Origin: Takakia lepidozioides
Taxonomy: Eukaryota > Plantae > Bryophyta
Direction: 5' to 3'
Assembly (NCBI GenBank): GCA_030704615.1
Contig: CM060734.1
Coordinates: 31,372,001-31,436,000 of the forward strand
Length of the DNA stretch: 64,000 nt
Below the pieces are notes generated by a model. It saw only the letters and a program-made list of their open reading frames with translations. It ran no database searches and had not been told where the DNA came from. Each line of letters starts with the position of its first letter. Positions within the stretch are counted from its first letter, which is position 1. Position numbers and translations under genes: made by a program. Shown here in pieces: positions 23,090-53,329 of this stretch.

Positions 23090-24300
23090 AGTTGCAGACA
23101 GTATTTAGGCTGTAGGATTATCATCGTGGAGGACTGAGTTGATAGAACTGCAGCTTTGTTGTAAGATTGAGTGTAGCAGGTCATCCACATATAGTGCTAT
23201 TATCATGATTCCTGATGTCATGTAGTAAATGCTTTGATCAGCTGCACTCCTTATGAAACCTTAGCATATCAAGTAGCTATGATCCTGTTTGAGTCCATAC
23301 AATGATTTCTTCAGCCAACACACCTTACCACCTTCTTGGAAGCCTTCCGGTTGTTTCATCTACATCTCCTCCTGGAGATTCCTATTCAAGAATGCAGTCT
23401 TCACGTCCCTTTGTTCTATTTCCCACTCATGCGTCGTTGCCAATGCCAGTAAACGTTGGATGGAGGTGAACTTAGCCACCAGAGCAAAACTTTCATTGTA
23501 GTTGAGCCCTGCAATCCGTGTGAAGCCTTTGCCAACAAGTCTGGCCTTGTACTTCACTACCTCATTGCTGGGTCCTCTCTTCACTTTGAAAACCCACTTG
23601 CAACCCACTGCTTTTCCACCTTTAGGAAGAGTTACCAGCTCCCATGTCTGGTTTTTCTTCAGAGATTTCATCTCCTCCAGTACAACTTCCTCCCACTTAT
23701 TGGCATCATCCCTTTCCAATGGATCTTTGAGAGGGGCTGGCTCCTCAGCCTCCCTCAAACCTGCTGTAGTGATAAATTTATCAAGGGCATGGAAACAACT
23801 TTCCATCTGCCCTATATCATCCATAGTCAAGCCAGTAAAATTTACTGCCACATTAACTCCAAACCTTTCTCGGGGTTTGCTGATCCTTCCTGACCTTCGA
23901 GGCCCCGCACCCTTATCCGTTGGATCTTCATCCCGGTTTTCAGAATCTTCATCCTCTTCTGGTTTCTTCGCCACCTTCTCCCTTCGAGTGTAGACCCTTA
24001 GTTCTCAACTCCAACCTTTCCTCTTGTATCGGATTCCTTGGGCATTGGTGACTTGTGCTGTTTTCTTTACCACATCCTTCACAGAACTGTGACCAGTCCA
24101 CCTTAAACCCCAACGCCCATTTTTGAAGGTCCTTGCTCGTTTGCGTCCCAAAGTGACCCAACCTTCTATGTCACAATGGTGTGGTGTCCTACTACAAAAG
24201 AAAGCTAATAGTGTTGACTGTGGCTGAACTTCTCCTCCTCCTCTCTGCAATCTACAAGGACAGCACATCAAATACGAGAAGACTGCCTCAGCCTTCCTTA
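23090..24300 (-). mobile_element. Ty1/copia remnant (gag-pre-integrase plus RT, integrase core deleted)
   Basis: WELVTLPKGGKAVGCKWVFKVK...YKARLVGKGF...DVKTAFLN, then LKKSLYGLKQ. WH.RLGH...CEGC near 24.1 kb. Confidence 0.9.
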
Positions 24301-24419
24301 AATCCTACACAGGTTCTCCAGAACCTTCTGGTAGGAACCATCCTTAGCCGTCAAAAACCCTAACAGAACCCAAGCTAACAGTCCCTATGGTTAACTAAAT
24401 CTGAGCTGACCTTCAACAC

Positions 24420-24965
24420 CCGCATTAATTCTTCTGAGATTGCTGAAGCAATAGAGCGTCTCCCCGCTGTTCGTCAATGTTTGCGTTATGCACCTCCTTG
24501 AAGACGGAAACTTCCTGATAGCATATCTACATGAGGTGCTCCATCGTAGAGAATCTCTGGCCGTTGATTGCTTCCTTTTTGGCTGTTGAATAGAGAGACC
24601 CAGTGTAACGTCTACAAGCATACTCTCTTTGTCATTAGAGATAACATCAAGATTCCTTTTTAGCATCCAAGAAGTGGCGACAAAACATCATTTTATTCAT
24701 CATTTGTGCAAGAACGAGCCGACAACTGTAAACTCCGGAAAACCTTCACTGAACAGGTCAAAATCCCTCCCCGTACCTTTGAGTCACTTGTCAAGCGTTA
24801 CAACCTGTCTCAAACAGTACCTGCCTACAGGTTGTGTCGAATACGAGAGAGTAACTGTTTGATGGCAAGGTTTGTAGACCATGGAGAAGAATGGGCATCA
24901 AGGAGTATTGATTTGACATGCCGTCGAGCAACTTTGCACTCCTCGTCGTAAAATGCTGCTTCGGT
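24420..24965 (-). mobile_element. Probable LINE ORF2 fragment
   Basis: FYDEECKVARR resembles the W(F/Y)DEEC motif found between LINE endonuclease and RT. The rest is frameshifted. Confidence 0.4.
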
Positions 24966-25042
24966 GGAGAAAGGTGAAAGGTAGATGGAAGAGTGATAGA
25001 GAAGGAATTTAGGGAATAGCTTTCCTTTCTCCCTGCAGTTGC

Positions 25043-25165
25043 TTTTGGGCTGCTTCTGGCTCCACTCTGTCTCTTTAATTCTTTGTTGTTTCTTGCTTTC
25101 CTTTTGTTCCATAAGCTCTTTGAGCTTTCTGCGGACGTTATGAAGTTCCATTCCATTGCATTCCC
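25043..25165. repeat. Short dispersed repeat (copy also at 33817-33935; partial copies at ~43670 reverse and ~49315)
   Basis: Shared core TTTTGGGCTGCTTCTGGCT...CCATAAGCTCTTTGAGCTTTCTG...AAGTTCCATT. Confidence 0.7.
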
Positions 25166-26755
25166 TGCAGACTAAGATCATGTACAATGGGATATAAAAT
25201 CCTTACTGTTTTTTTATAACACAGGCTAGTCCATTTTGTCTTGGTGAATTTTTGCTGTTAGAGAGTTTGTAACATTGTGTTTTTACTACACATGGGTTTA
25301 ATTATGCAGAGCATGAAATGGAATGGACTCATAGATTGATGGGCATCATGTTGGAGATGATTCAATAGCTAGCATGGGGAGGTTTGTTGTAGGAGCAGGT
25401 CATAAGATGGCAATTCCCTGGTAAGTGGCAGAGTAGCATGAGGTTGGATCCTCCCCACCCTGTGAAACCCTTGTCATGGAAGGACAGACGTTAACTGTGA
25501 CATGAACTGTCATGCCTCCTTTGTTTTCTTATTATTGAGACAGTCCAATGTCACCCCATGCTCGTCACCGCATAAAGTTTGGCTCTTACATCTTGCTAAA
25601 CCTCCCAGACATCAAAGACAGGTGTCTCCAAAATCTCAAACCTCCTACAGCTCAGTCAGATGAGCTGTGCAGGATGCCACCTGTGGGCGAGCCAAACAAG
25701 TGAGTTAGAACAGGTGCAGAACAGAACAGATATTGTATGTAAAACTTTTGGTTTTGTCCTGGGCTAGTTACGCATTGCACTCTCGTTGTGTACCGATGTC
25801 CTTGAGGCTTACAACAAAACACTGATGGACTGGAGTCTCACTCCGTCTTCTAAATAAGTCTACTTAGTACATACAAAGGCAAACACTTATTCAATGAATC
25901 ATACAAGAAATTCAGCAAATGCTAAAGCTATGGAGACCTGTCAACTGCAACAGTGATCCACGGGCAGTGGTTTGAGTGGTTGAGTCCTGTGTGCCCATTC
26001 AAGTTTCCATCAAATGTCAATCAAAGACCATTGGCTGGGGCTCTGGTAGACATCACCACAGATTGCAAAAATGAATGGGTGCCCTCTTCACATGACTGAA
26101 CGCTGTGTTTGCTGAGGAGGGCATACTGGATGACCAAACGCACCTAGTACATAACATTCTCCTGGGCTCCCATCCTCTCTTGAAAGCCGGCTGCCAAGTA
26201 TGCATCTCTCTAAGCTCACTTCTCTCTGTTAGCAATGTAAGAAGGGAATCCAAGTGAAGGTTTGAGAGACACAAGTATCCATTTTCTTGCCTGGATGTTT
26301 ATAGATTATATCTGTGAAGAATGTATGATTTGACTTCCAGACTGCAACAATAAGGCAAGGAAATCTTGTCATAAATCTTATCTAAACATGGAGGCTGTTG
26401 GAAGATGGTCAGAAATTTTGTCTCTGTTTGCTTTGCACTCCGTTTAGAAAGTGAGATTGGCCTCTGGCCAAACTGCAGACTACCTCAATGATACATGCCA
26501 TAGGGACATTTGCAGGGAGCAATTGAAGAGTATATCTCCATGTGCCTTACATCCAGCTTCCTGTAGGAGCCTCCTCTTTGGGGCTATATTTGAGTAGTTC
26601 TTTGGTTCTATGTAACTCTGTCTTGTCATTGTGCCAAAGTAGGTCTATGGTTCTGTGTCGCTTGGATCCATTCGGTCATCACAGTAAGTATTGTGGTTGG
26701 GATATGAAAGCCTTATTTCCAGAAGATTGCTTTGTAGGACCTGGCTGTTGTGTCA

Positions 26756-27410
26756 TCAGCAAGGGATGCAATCCGTAATGCACTTACCGATCTTGAGAGG
26801 CACACGGATGAGGCTGATTGCTATGCCGAGCAAGGGTTCGATGCAAGCACCACATGGCAAACATGGCAAACATGAACAGGGCAACCTGCACCCACCCATA
26901 ATATTTTGCTCCATTGAGATCTCTCTCTCTCTCTCTCTCTCTCTGCATTTGGCCAATTCATAGAAAGCAATCTTGTCAAGGATCATTGCTCTACAAACAT
27001 GGTTTACTACTTTCTCAATTATGAGCTCGGGACTAGTGTAGATATTCAAATTGCCAGCCCTAATCTGGTACACCAGTGGATGTTGGAAACCTTGATTCAT
27101 CTTTTGACTGCATGTCTGACTTGCTATGCTATATACCCTTAAGGGCATAGTCCTCACTTCACCACAGACCTGGCACTGAGAGTCACCCCTTTGCACCAAA
27201 GCAAGATAGAGAGACTGCAAAGCTTGATTATTGGAAGATTCTATCTTATAAGAGTACCTTGTTACATAGATGAAGAATGATTCTTCTAACATGGTTAAGT
27301 GTGTGCAAACAGGCAACGTACAAGATGATCCATAGAAGGGCTCCGAAAACGCTAAAAGTTAAGCCAAACAGCTGGAAGGGGATCCCTACGATGAACCCAA
27401 CCAAGCCCAT
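26756..27410 (-). CDS. TAXIMIN-like cysteine-rich small peptide (72 aa), divergent paralog
   Basis: Exons 27410-27322 and 26885-26756 (GT-AG, phase 2) give MGLVGFIVGIPFQLFGLTFSVFGALLWIILLPCSCLPCLPCGACIEPLLGIAISLIRVPLKIGKCITDCIPC. Same intron position and IPC end as the neighbouring gene. Confidence 0.8.
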
Positions 27411-28920
27411 CTCCTTCTACTGTTTTTGCACTTTTTGGCTTTTGCAATTGCTCTTTTTGAGTCACCTGGGTCGCCCTTGTCTCCTCCGATTTTGTTTCAA
27501 ATGTTGGTTTTTCCCTAGATTTCAAACCCAACGAATGTCTGCACTTTCTCTTTCAATGTACTATGAGCATGTGTTTGCCTCCGTCTATTTCTGTCCTTGC
27601 AGGTCTTGTTCCAACACTGCGCATTCCCCACTCTTCCGAGGTTCCAGGTTATGTCAAAGCAGGCCAGTTTGAAAACATGGGCGGGTGTGACCTGTGAACA
27701 AACTCCATAGCCAAGGCTAATGCAAGCACCTCTGACTGGTGAATCGTTGCACTCCAAGGCTGCTTGGCATCCTGGAGAAAAGGCAAGCATCTCTGCCAAT
27801 CATGAGTAAGCCCGACATCTGCGGTTCCAACTGTATATCGGCCAGGAAATTTGAACTGCTCGGCACATCATCCAACGGCCTCAAAGTTTGGGTTTTCTTC
27901 GCAACTGGGCGCCACGATCTGCAAGGACCTGTGGTTGGATGAGAGGGCCCACAGCTCAGGAAGAGCGGCTGTGTATGACAAGTGTATTACAACAGTTGTA
28001 CGCCCGGAGGCCATGTGAGGATGCCGTGTTTTGACGTTTTGACGTTTTGACGTTGTGACTTGTCACATCAGAAATGTAGCAAGTCTGACTCAGCATCATG
28101 GCCCTCCATGCAAGATTGACAATCTCTACTCATGAAGACGTTGTCCAGAGATTGTTGACTTTTGTGAATGCACGAGAACATCACCATCGAAAGGGATTCC
28201 CTTGCTCTTCTCAGTGATATAGAGAAAACTTGTAATTGATGTGGGAATGAGAACCCATCACTTCGAATCAAAACCGCTGTGAACAGAAATTCCTTTGTTG
28301 TGCATATATGTAAACCCCATGCCTCCCTCCACTTGGATTTGAGTGCGTTTTCTACAGTACTGCTTAACTAAGGAAGCCAGCTTGACAGTGAGACAAGCAC
28401 ACTTGGAGACAGGTTTCTGAGTTGCAGAGAGGATTCGAATTCTGGAGAATGAAACTAAATATTACAGCATAGCTTCCCAGAATCTCAAAAAGCTGAAGAA
28501 AATGTTGTCCTTCATGCATTTATCAACGATTACAATTCATTTATTTCAGTAACGTTTCAATACCAGCTGTAGTCCAACGGTAACGCTTGCCCTCCCACTT
28601 CTACCTGAATGAATCTGCCTCTCACAAGGAACTACCTCTGCTGGCGCATGCCCAGTGTAGTCACTGAAGATTAAAATATAACTTCCACAAAACCATGATC
28701 CAACAAAATCTATATAGCCAGTGTCTGTTTTAGGACCATCGTTCTCATCAACCATCCTGAGAGGCTTTCACTTGAGGTGAAGGCTATCCAATTGTATTGG
28801 ACATTGATTTGCTTATGCACTGAAAGGATCCCAATGGATCCCATAAATAAGCCGACTTCCTCGGTGAGATGGAAGTGTAAGGCCACAAAAATAAAGTAGA
28901 CAATAAGAGCTGTGGCAGAA

Positions 28921-29684
28921 TCAGCAAGGAATCTGCTCGGTGAACCATCGCATAACTTTTATGGGTGCTTTGATGAGACTTATAGCCAACTCCGCAAGTA
29001 TAGTAAAGCATATCAGGCATGGACAAATGCATGCTAGCGGCGCCCTGCACCCCCAACCCCCATCCCAACAGGTTAAGTTTGACAGAATACTCACAATATG
29101 TCGAAACACTGACTATTATGTAATGATGTTGCCTCCGAGCTTTCAGCCTTGGAGAGATCAAACCCGAGCAGTATGCTCTCTTTGCTTTCTCGATACTTGC
29201 AAATACTGATCTACAGTACTGACCTTCAATCTTCACACGGCTACATATATCATCGCACCAGCTTGGGTTGAATCAAGCAAGCTTGACAATGAGCAACAGG
29301 GTCAATCCTGTTGAAATCTGATTGGAGATCTTCAGATACTTCCTGAAGTTACTTGATGCCGCTGGTCGCACTGTACGGGTCTGCTGACACATCATCTGGC
29401 CAGTAAACCAGCAGATGCTGGTACAAGTAATTTGATACTTCCAAACCGTGGAAACCAAATTGAACTAGATCGTGTTGCTGTTAAGCCTTTCAGCTGGCTC
29501 TCAACAATGTCAGCCTCTACACAAAACCACCAACGGTACATAAATAGAGTAGAAGGAAGACAGTGGGGAGAATGACGTACGTGATAATCCACAAAAGCAC
29601 GCCAATGAGTGTGAGGAGAAAGGCCAAGAGCATGAAAGGTAACCCCAACAGAAATCCTAGCGGTCTGCAATCTTCGGCACACAT
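28921..29684 (-). CDS. TAX1: Signalling peptide TAXIMIN (75 aa)
   Basis: Exons 29684-29581 and 29044-28921 give [75 protein letters not shown], matching the TAXIMIN pattern DC(R/K)[10 protein letters not shown]...CICPC...LIKAP..VM.WF...IPC. Confidence 0.9.
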
Positions 29685-30845
29685 CTTGCTTCCCTTCTCT
29701 TCTCACGAACTGTGTAATACTTCAGCTGCTCCCTTTCCTCCAACTTCCTGCTACTTCTCCTAGGTCTATGCGTCGCTCTCACACACCCTTCCCCTCACAA
29801 CGCCTTCCTCGGTTCTCAACAGACCTCGACGCTGGAGCGTTGTCCAAACCAAACACTACCGAGATATACCAATGCTCGAAAAAAGCAGAGATTTGTACCT
29901 TTCTCCTGGCAAAATCTAAAAACGAGCTGCCATCTCCCAACCCTCTCCCTCACAGAAACTTGCAACTATTTTCAGATTCTCTCACACATTCCAAAGACGG
30001 AAAGTGTGGAAAGGTGAGAACCCAAAACCACAAACTCTGTGCCACAACCTTTCCCAGCGGCTGCTCAAGGCCCACTCAGAAGAGAGAGCGCAGATGTCGT
30101 GACCTTCTTCTCTCTTCTCTCTTCTCACCTACATTCGTGTGAGGTTCCCCCTCCTCAGCTTCCTGGAAGCCGAGGAGAGAGAGACCAGTAGACCGGGTCC
30201 TGACAGAACGAGGATGACTGATGGATGATAAATGCCATGCGAAGGATCCCGTTGAATTTGGCATCTTATCCTGAACTGACCGGTAAAGTCCGGTGGTCGT
30301 ACGCACGTGCGATATTTGACTTGCCTTGGCCACGTGGATTCCGTAGCGGGTCGCGGATTGGGAACGTCTGGGGGCGCTGATGGGGGGATTCAAGAGATTG
30401 TTTGCTTTCCATCTTTGTGTATTTCCTTGTGATCAAGAATCTACAGGGTGGACTCGCGATGGTTTCGAGCTCGGCCAATTTTGGGTTTGGGGTTTAGGGT
30501 TCAGAAGCTCAGGAGCAACCTTGGATTTTGAAGGGAAGTGGCTGGTGAAGTTTCAGATTCTTCTGAATTTCGAGTTTGAGACAGATTTCCTCTTTATATT
30601 CGGCACGCCCCTTTGGTTACACTAGAATTGTGCTTGCAAAAGACTGGGCCTGGGCCTGGTGGAAACTAGGTTTAAGATTTTGTAAGAAGGACATTGAGAG
30701 TTTCGACTTCCCCATCGTCCGTGTGAATCGATTATTATGTAGGCGAGAATCTTCTAGAGGATTTAGAGAGATTTAGGTTTCTTATCAGCCACAGGAGGAG
30801 GATTCTTGAGGAAGGCTCAAGAATCTTTGGGCTGGCAGAAGAGCA

Positions 30846-48073
<17,228 letters not shown>

Positions 48074-49508
48074 CCGGCAAGAGCATCTTTCATATGTCGA
48101 ACACGGGGGGCCACGCAAGATGACTTGAAGTCAACCCGTGGGCACTCTTTGTTTCACTAGGGGATGTCATCTCTATTAGTGGTATGCTCATCCCCTCCCT
48201 CCTTTTTCCTGTGCCCTTACTGCCTGGTGAGTGTATGAGTGTATTGTTCTACGTATGTTCGGGATAGGAATTGGTCTTCAGGCAGAACCTGGACGTGTTG
48301 TTGTCTACAGACTGATGCATACATGGGTTTGCTTTGCTTCTTGCCTTGACAAATGATGACCAATTGAGATTGTTTGGATCGTTGGGAGCAGACTTAACTC
48401 ACAGACTGGTGTCAATAGTGAGACGGTTATTCAGCCAAATATGGAGTGTATATTTGCGGCCTTCGTTGTAAGTCACGGTTGAAGTCGATTTAGGCTCAGA
48501 AATTGTACGACTAAGATTTGTTGTGCCTATATCCAGAACTGTCCATGTCACTTTTGTGGCTCATTGTGACACCATTCTTGGCCACATTATGGCTAACCAC
48601 TTTCGACGGAATTTCACCTGAGCGCCTGTTTGAGAAATTCTTATCTTGGCAGCTGCTCCAAGCTCCTTGATGTCTGGAAGTTTGTATGCATCTTGTTGAC
48701 TCCTAAGAAGTTCTAACTTCCATGTCCATGTACCACCATTATCTTATTGCAAGTACTGGACGGGGTTCAGGGACATGATCCAACGACCAACCTAACATAG
48801 AATCGGGAATGGCCATTCCTGTTAGTAAAGCTAGTGGACTTGAGAATGTAGAGGGATGTCGTAAACTCCTTACTTCCATTGGAGCTTTTCTGGCCATTGT
48901 TTAGGACCTCTCTCTTTCCAAACGGCGCATGCCCGTATGCTAGATTCTTAAACAGCATTCTGCATAATCAGAACTGACTTCTGTCGTGGCTACCAAATAT
49001 TCTGGCACCAAGAATCCCCTCTGAGAATTCATCTGATGTAATGGGGGTGTAGCACTGTCCTCTGGAAATCTTCAAGAATGGGGACTAGTTAAATAGTTTA
49101 CTTTTGCTCTTGAACTAGGGCTATCAAAAAAATGCCCCCCCAGCTCTGATTCAAAACTAAAACCACGCTAGAATTGCAACAAGCGGACATAGGAGGAAGG
49201 TCTCAAGTGACCTTCTGTGCATCTTGTGTGTTTCTCCCCGAACCTTCCTTCTCTCTCACTTTTGAACTTGCTGGTATAAATCTTCCCTCTTTCTTGTTTC
49301 CTACTTTTCTTCAGCCCATAAGCTCTTTTAAGCCTCCCTCAGCCGATACACAGTTTCTTTCTTCCCTCTGTGGTTCCTCTGTGGTACGCCCACTTAAGAA
49401 TTAAAGATGGTCCACTTTTACTTGCCAAAAAAGGGAAAAGTAAATGCAAAAAGGGACAATGGACACAAGTAGAATAATACAGTGGAATCACAGTAGAACA
49501 ACTGAATT

Positions 49509-49511
<3 letters not shown>

Positions 49512-49547
<36 letters not shown>
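49512..49547. repeat. (AG)n microsatellite; other SSRs at 26920-26944 (CT), 32168-32278 (CT/CA) and 52831-52872 (TA)
   Basis: Read directly from the sequence. Confidence 0.95.
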
Positions 49548-49549
<2 letters not shown>

Positions 49550-51829
49550 CTTCATAAGATTCACAGGGGGCCCTCGCGACGCCTTTGCAGTTCAATCTTT
49601 CACTTGAACTGAAGCTCATCAGCCATTCCAAAACAACTCTGAACAGTTCCATCCGCCCAGGATATAAACTGCTCGCAGGAAGAATTGAAGGGTTTAGCAA
49701 TGTTGGGAAAGTCAAGTTGAGTGGTCATCTCCCAGGATTCCTCCCAGTACACCTAATAAGGAATGGTCTATAGCTTCATTGTCAAAGTCATTGATAAACA
49801 GCTATAATAAGAGTGCAAGTGTGGTGTGCCAATGAAACACAACAATCTCTGACCATGCCTCTGAAAGAAGGGACTTTTCAAAGTTGTGCCCAAAGTTGTA
49901 ACGACTGGATCAGTCATCATTCCTCGATCTTCACAGGTTTGTTGTCCAACAACCAATCCATGCGGAGGGCCTTGCTAGCATCTGGGCTGACTTGGATTGA
50001 ATCCCAGCAGCCTAGGCCACTAAATACTTTATTTTTAAATAGAATGAAGGATGGAAAACTTAGAATAAAGTTAAGACTATGTTGTAACACCAAACCAACA
50101 CCAAAGTGGATGAGAAACTTTGTCTGCACATTTATTCAATAACACAACAAGAGGGCCACTTAACTCCAACTGCTACAGAATACCCAAGTGATCACCGACC
50201 AAACTGAGAACAGAAGGATATAAGTTCAAAATAATGATGCTCTAGACATGGATTCAATGAAACCAAGGCAAAATGGTTTATAAACTTATCTCTTACCGGG
50301 AGAACCTTGCTATCCAATCTCAAAAGGAATGCCCTAATTTTTGCCCATTTGTCCTTCCTCCATAACTTGTTTGTCTACATCATAATGGGCTGAGAGGTGT
50401 ACCATTTCGTATTCCATTTCCAATATTGCACACGTAATTGAAGACTAACAGATAATAATTTAACAAAAGTGATAAGATATCAAAAGTCAGGAATGAACAA
50501 AATGTCAAGATATCAGAAGTCACGAATGAACAAAGTGAGATTTATAGCGCAACCTAGAGATGATTTTGCTATAAATACTCGATAATTTCAATTTGGTTAC
50601 AAATTGCAATCTTGTATTTGTTCTTCTTGCTTTCTTGTTGTATTTGATCTGGAGTTCTTCCACATTTATTTAACCTCTTCTGCAAAGACTTTGGATTGTT
50701 TCTCAGCTATTTTTTGTTTTGAACAATTTGTCAGATCATTACTGATTTGACAGTATTTGATCTTTTTTTTGCTCTAATTTGGTTGTAGAACAATATGTAT
50801 GCGTTTGTTTACTCAGTCATTTCCATGTAACTCTTGCCAAATGTTGTACATGATTTGATCCCAACATGCAGAGATCAAACCAAGAGCCAGACCTTGATTT
50901 ACTAGACAAGAAATTTAGACATATGCTATTGAAAAAATGTATGGAGAATGTGTGTGATGAACTGGTCTTGTTTTGTAGCAAACTATTTGAGCCATCATGT
51001 TGAAAGACTTGCATAAGATGGTTGTGTATTGTAAGCTCGATGACCATAATGTCGACTGATGTTTTTTTCCCCACACATTGCAAGTGATGTCACTTGAGAA
51101 CTTGTTGCAAAACAAATCCAGTTCTTAGACATGAGAATCTTGCACATTCACACCTGAGAGACAACGATGGAACATTTGCTGACTAACTAATTCCCTGACG
51201 TTGGGGTTTTTGTATGTTGATACTGGGATAGCCAATTCATGACTTGCTAACTTCAAGCACTTGGAGTCAGTTTGTTATAATAGTCTAGTTCTGAAGAAAA
51301 CCTGGACTTTGACCCCAGAAAATGAACTCTGACTCTTTGCACCATTTCCCATCTTCCTTGGTGATTCAGCTGGAAGAAGGGGACCACCAGTGATAAGGTG
51401 ATTCATGCCAATGCTCAAAATACTAAGTCAAACGCTCAATTTTGTATCTTGGAAGAGAAAAAGTGGGGTACGAATGTTTGAGGTAACGTGTGATGTGGTC
51501 CCAACTTCATATCAGACTAGGATCCCGACCTTCTCGCCAGTCTAAAGTAATTAATATATGCGAGGAATCGGGCGTAGGTCGTGGAAATGCTTGAGAGTCA
51601 TTGCAAAGCTGGGATAATTAAGGTAGTTTCCTACAACATTGATATAGATCCAAAATCATCATGAAGTGTCATCGTCACTTAGATGCTTTCAACGTCGTAC
51701 AACTTGTGCATCGCACATGCCAAAATACGAAGAACGTTAGGCCAGGCCATGAGCCTACAAGCCTAGACTCACGGTTTGATGGCGTGGCGTGAACCTAGGC
51801 TCCGTTTGCTTTGGGCCCACCACATCATC

Positions 51830-52506
51830 AACTAGTAAAGGTATTTATTCCCGTGGACATGGCCCCCATATTACCATAGGACAACTTGGAATATTGAAAG
51901 CCATCAAACTGTTTTAGGTCAATTAGGCCTTCAAGGATGAAGACAAAATGATGTATCCAATATTTTTGAGATCTATATATGCACCTCATTGACAACGAGA
52001 ATTGCCACCTATTGCTCAACTATTGAGCTCAAGAATATTATTTTCCCAGGGGGTGGACAAGAGAGAGACTTCAATACTTATGATCAGCAACACAAGAGAA
52101 TTTGGTCCACCCCTAAATTGTCAGCTGTCGAATATTAGAATACAACCTTAATTTGATATTCAAATTGTACACTTAATACGATCTGAATGGCAGCAGAGAA
52201 TAGATGTGTCAAATAGTTAAGCAATCTCTTCAAACTACAAATGGATCATATTTTATATCCACTATCCACATCTAGCTGCATAAGAGTATCGACCTCTCTA
52301 TAGAACAATGTGGGCTGGTGAATAGAATCGTCTTGTTTACAGTGACAAAATATCTCAATCAAAAAAGAATAATACAAATGCTTGCATTGGACATATTTCT
52401 CATTCTTGTCAAGATTACCGGATAGCATAGTTATGAAATCTAGAAAGCTACAATTATGAAAAATTATCATTGTGATGTCATAGGTTTTGTCTTCACTACA
52501 ATACAA
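51830..52506 (-). mobile_element. Decayed SWIM-finger transposon-associated ORF
   Basis: CSFLDF...YVQCKHLYY...IHQPTL resembles a degenerate CSC.DF...CKH SWIM motif. Confidence 0.45.
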
Positions 52507-53329
52507 TGTGGGTTTTTCGACTTTGTATTTGACTTATTTTCTAGTCGTTTGCGACATTTTTACTCCCAGCCTCCATAGTCGAACAGGCGTGACAAAGGTC
52601 GAGTCGTTTCAGTCAAGCAGTCGAATCCAGATGCCAGGTTCTGACAGTGAAATGTGACAGTAAAACCTAGGGGGTGACGTGTAAGTAAAGTGATTGTACC
52701 ACAGTATGACGTGGATGAGACGTGGCTATGACGTGTAGTAAAGTGGTTTAACTGCATTATGACATGGATGCATGACGTGTAGTAAAATGGTTCTACTATA
52801 GTATGACGTGGATGCATGACGTGTACCTAGTATATATATATATACATAAATATATAATATATATATATATATGAATTGGGGAGGCTCTTTGTTTAGTGTT
52901 TGGTTTTATTGTTTTCGTTTATTACTGTTATTTATTTTCATTTATTTTTATTTTATTTTTATTTTTTTATCTATATAAATGTGAATTAGTGGGTTTTGTA
53001 TTTAAATTTATTGATTCGCTGCACTGCATTGAAAATATATTACAAATACAGCAAAACATAGAATACAAATACAGGGCAGGAACCAAAAACATTTGGATGG
53101 CTCAAAACTGGTTTATATCAAGAGTGTTTTTAAAACAAGTTTTGGCCACATTCTACAAATGACCAACATGAGGGCCATGTTGCCATATCCATAGATCACT
53201 GCCCAAGTGAACTCATTGAGTAAGGAAAATCTGATGTGCAGCTAGGTAAAGCACTATCGTGGATATGTCAAGAGAACATCAGAAATCATTTCGAGAATGA
53301 ATTCAGGAACTTGTAGTTCTTGAGAATGG

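Noticed and set aside
48600-51500. Possible gene or LINE fragments downstream of NRPC1
   Set aside because: Too fragmented to assign a family or build a spliced ORF.
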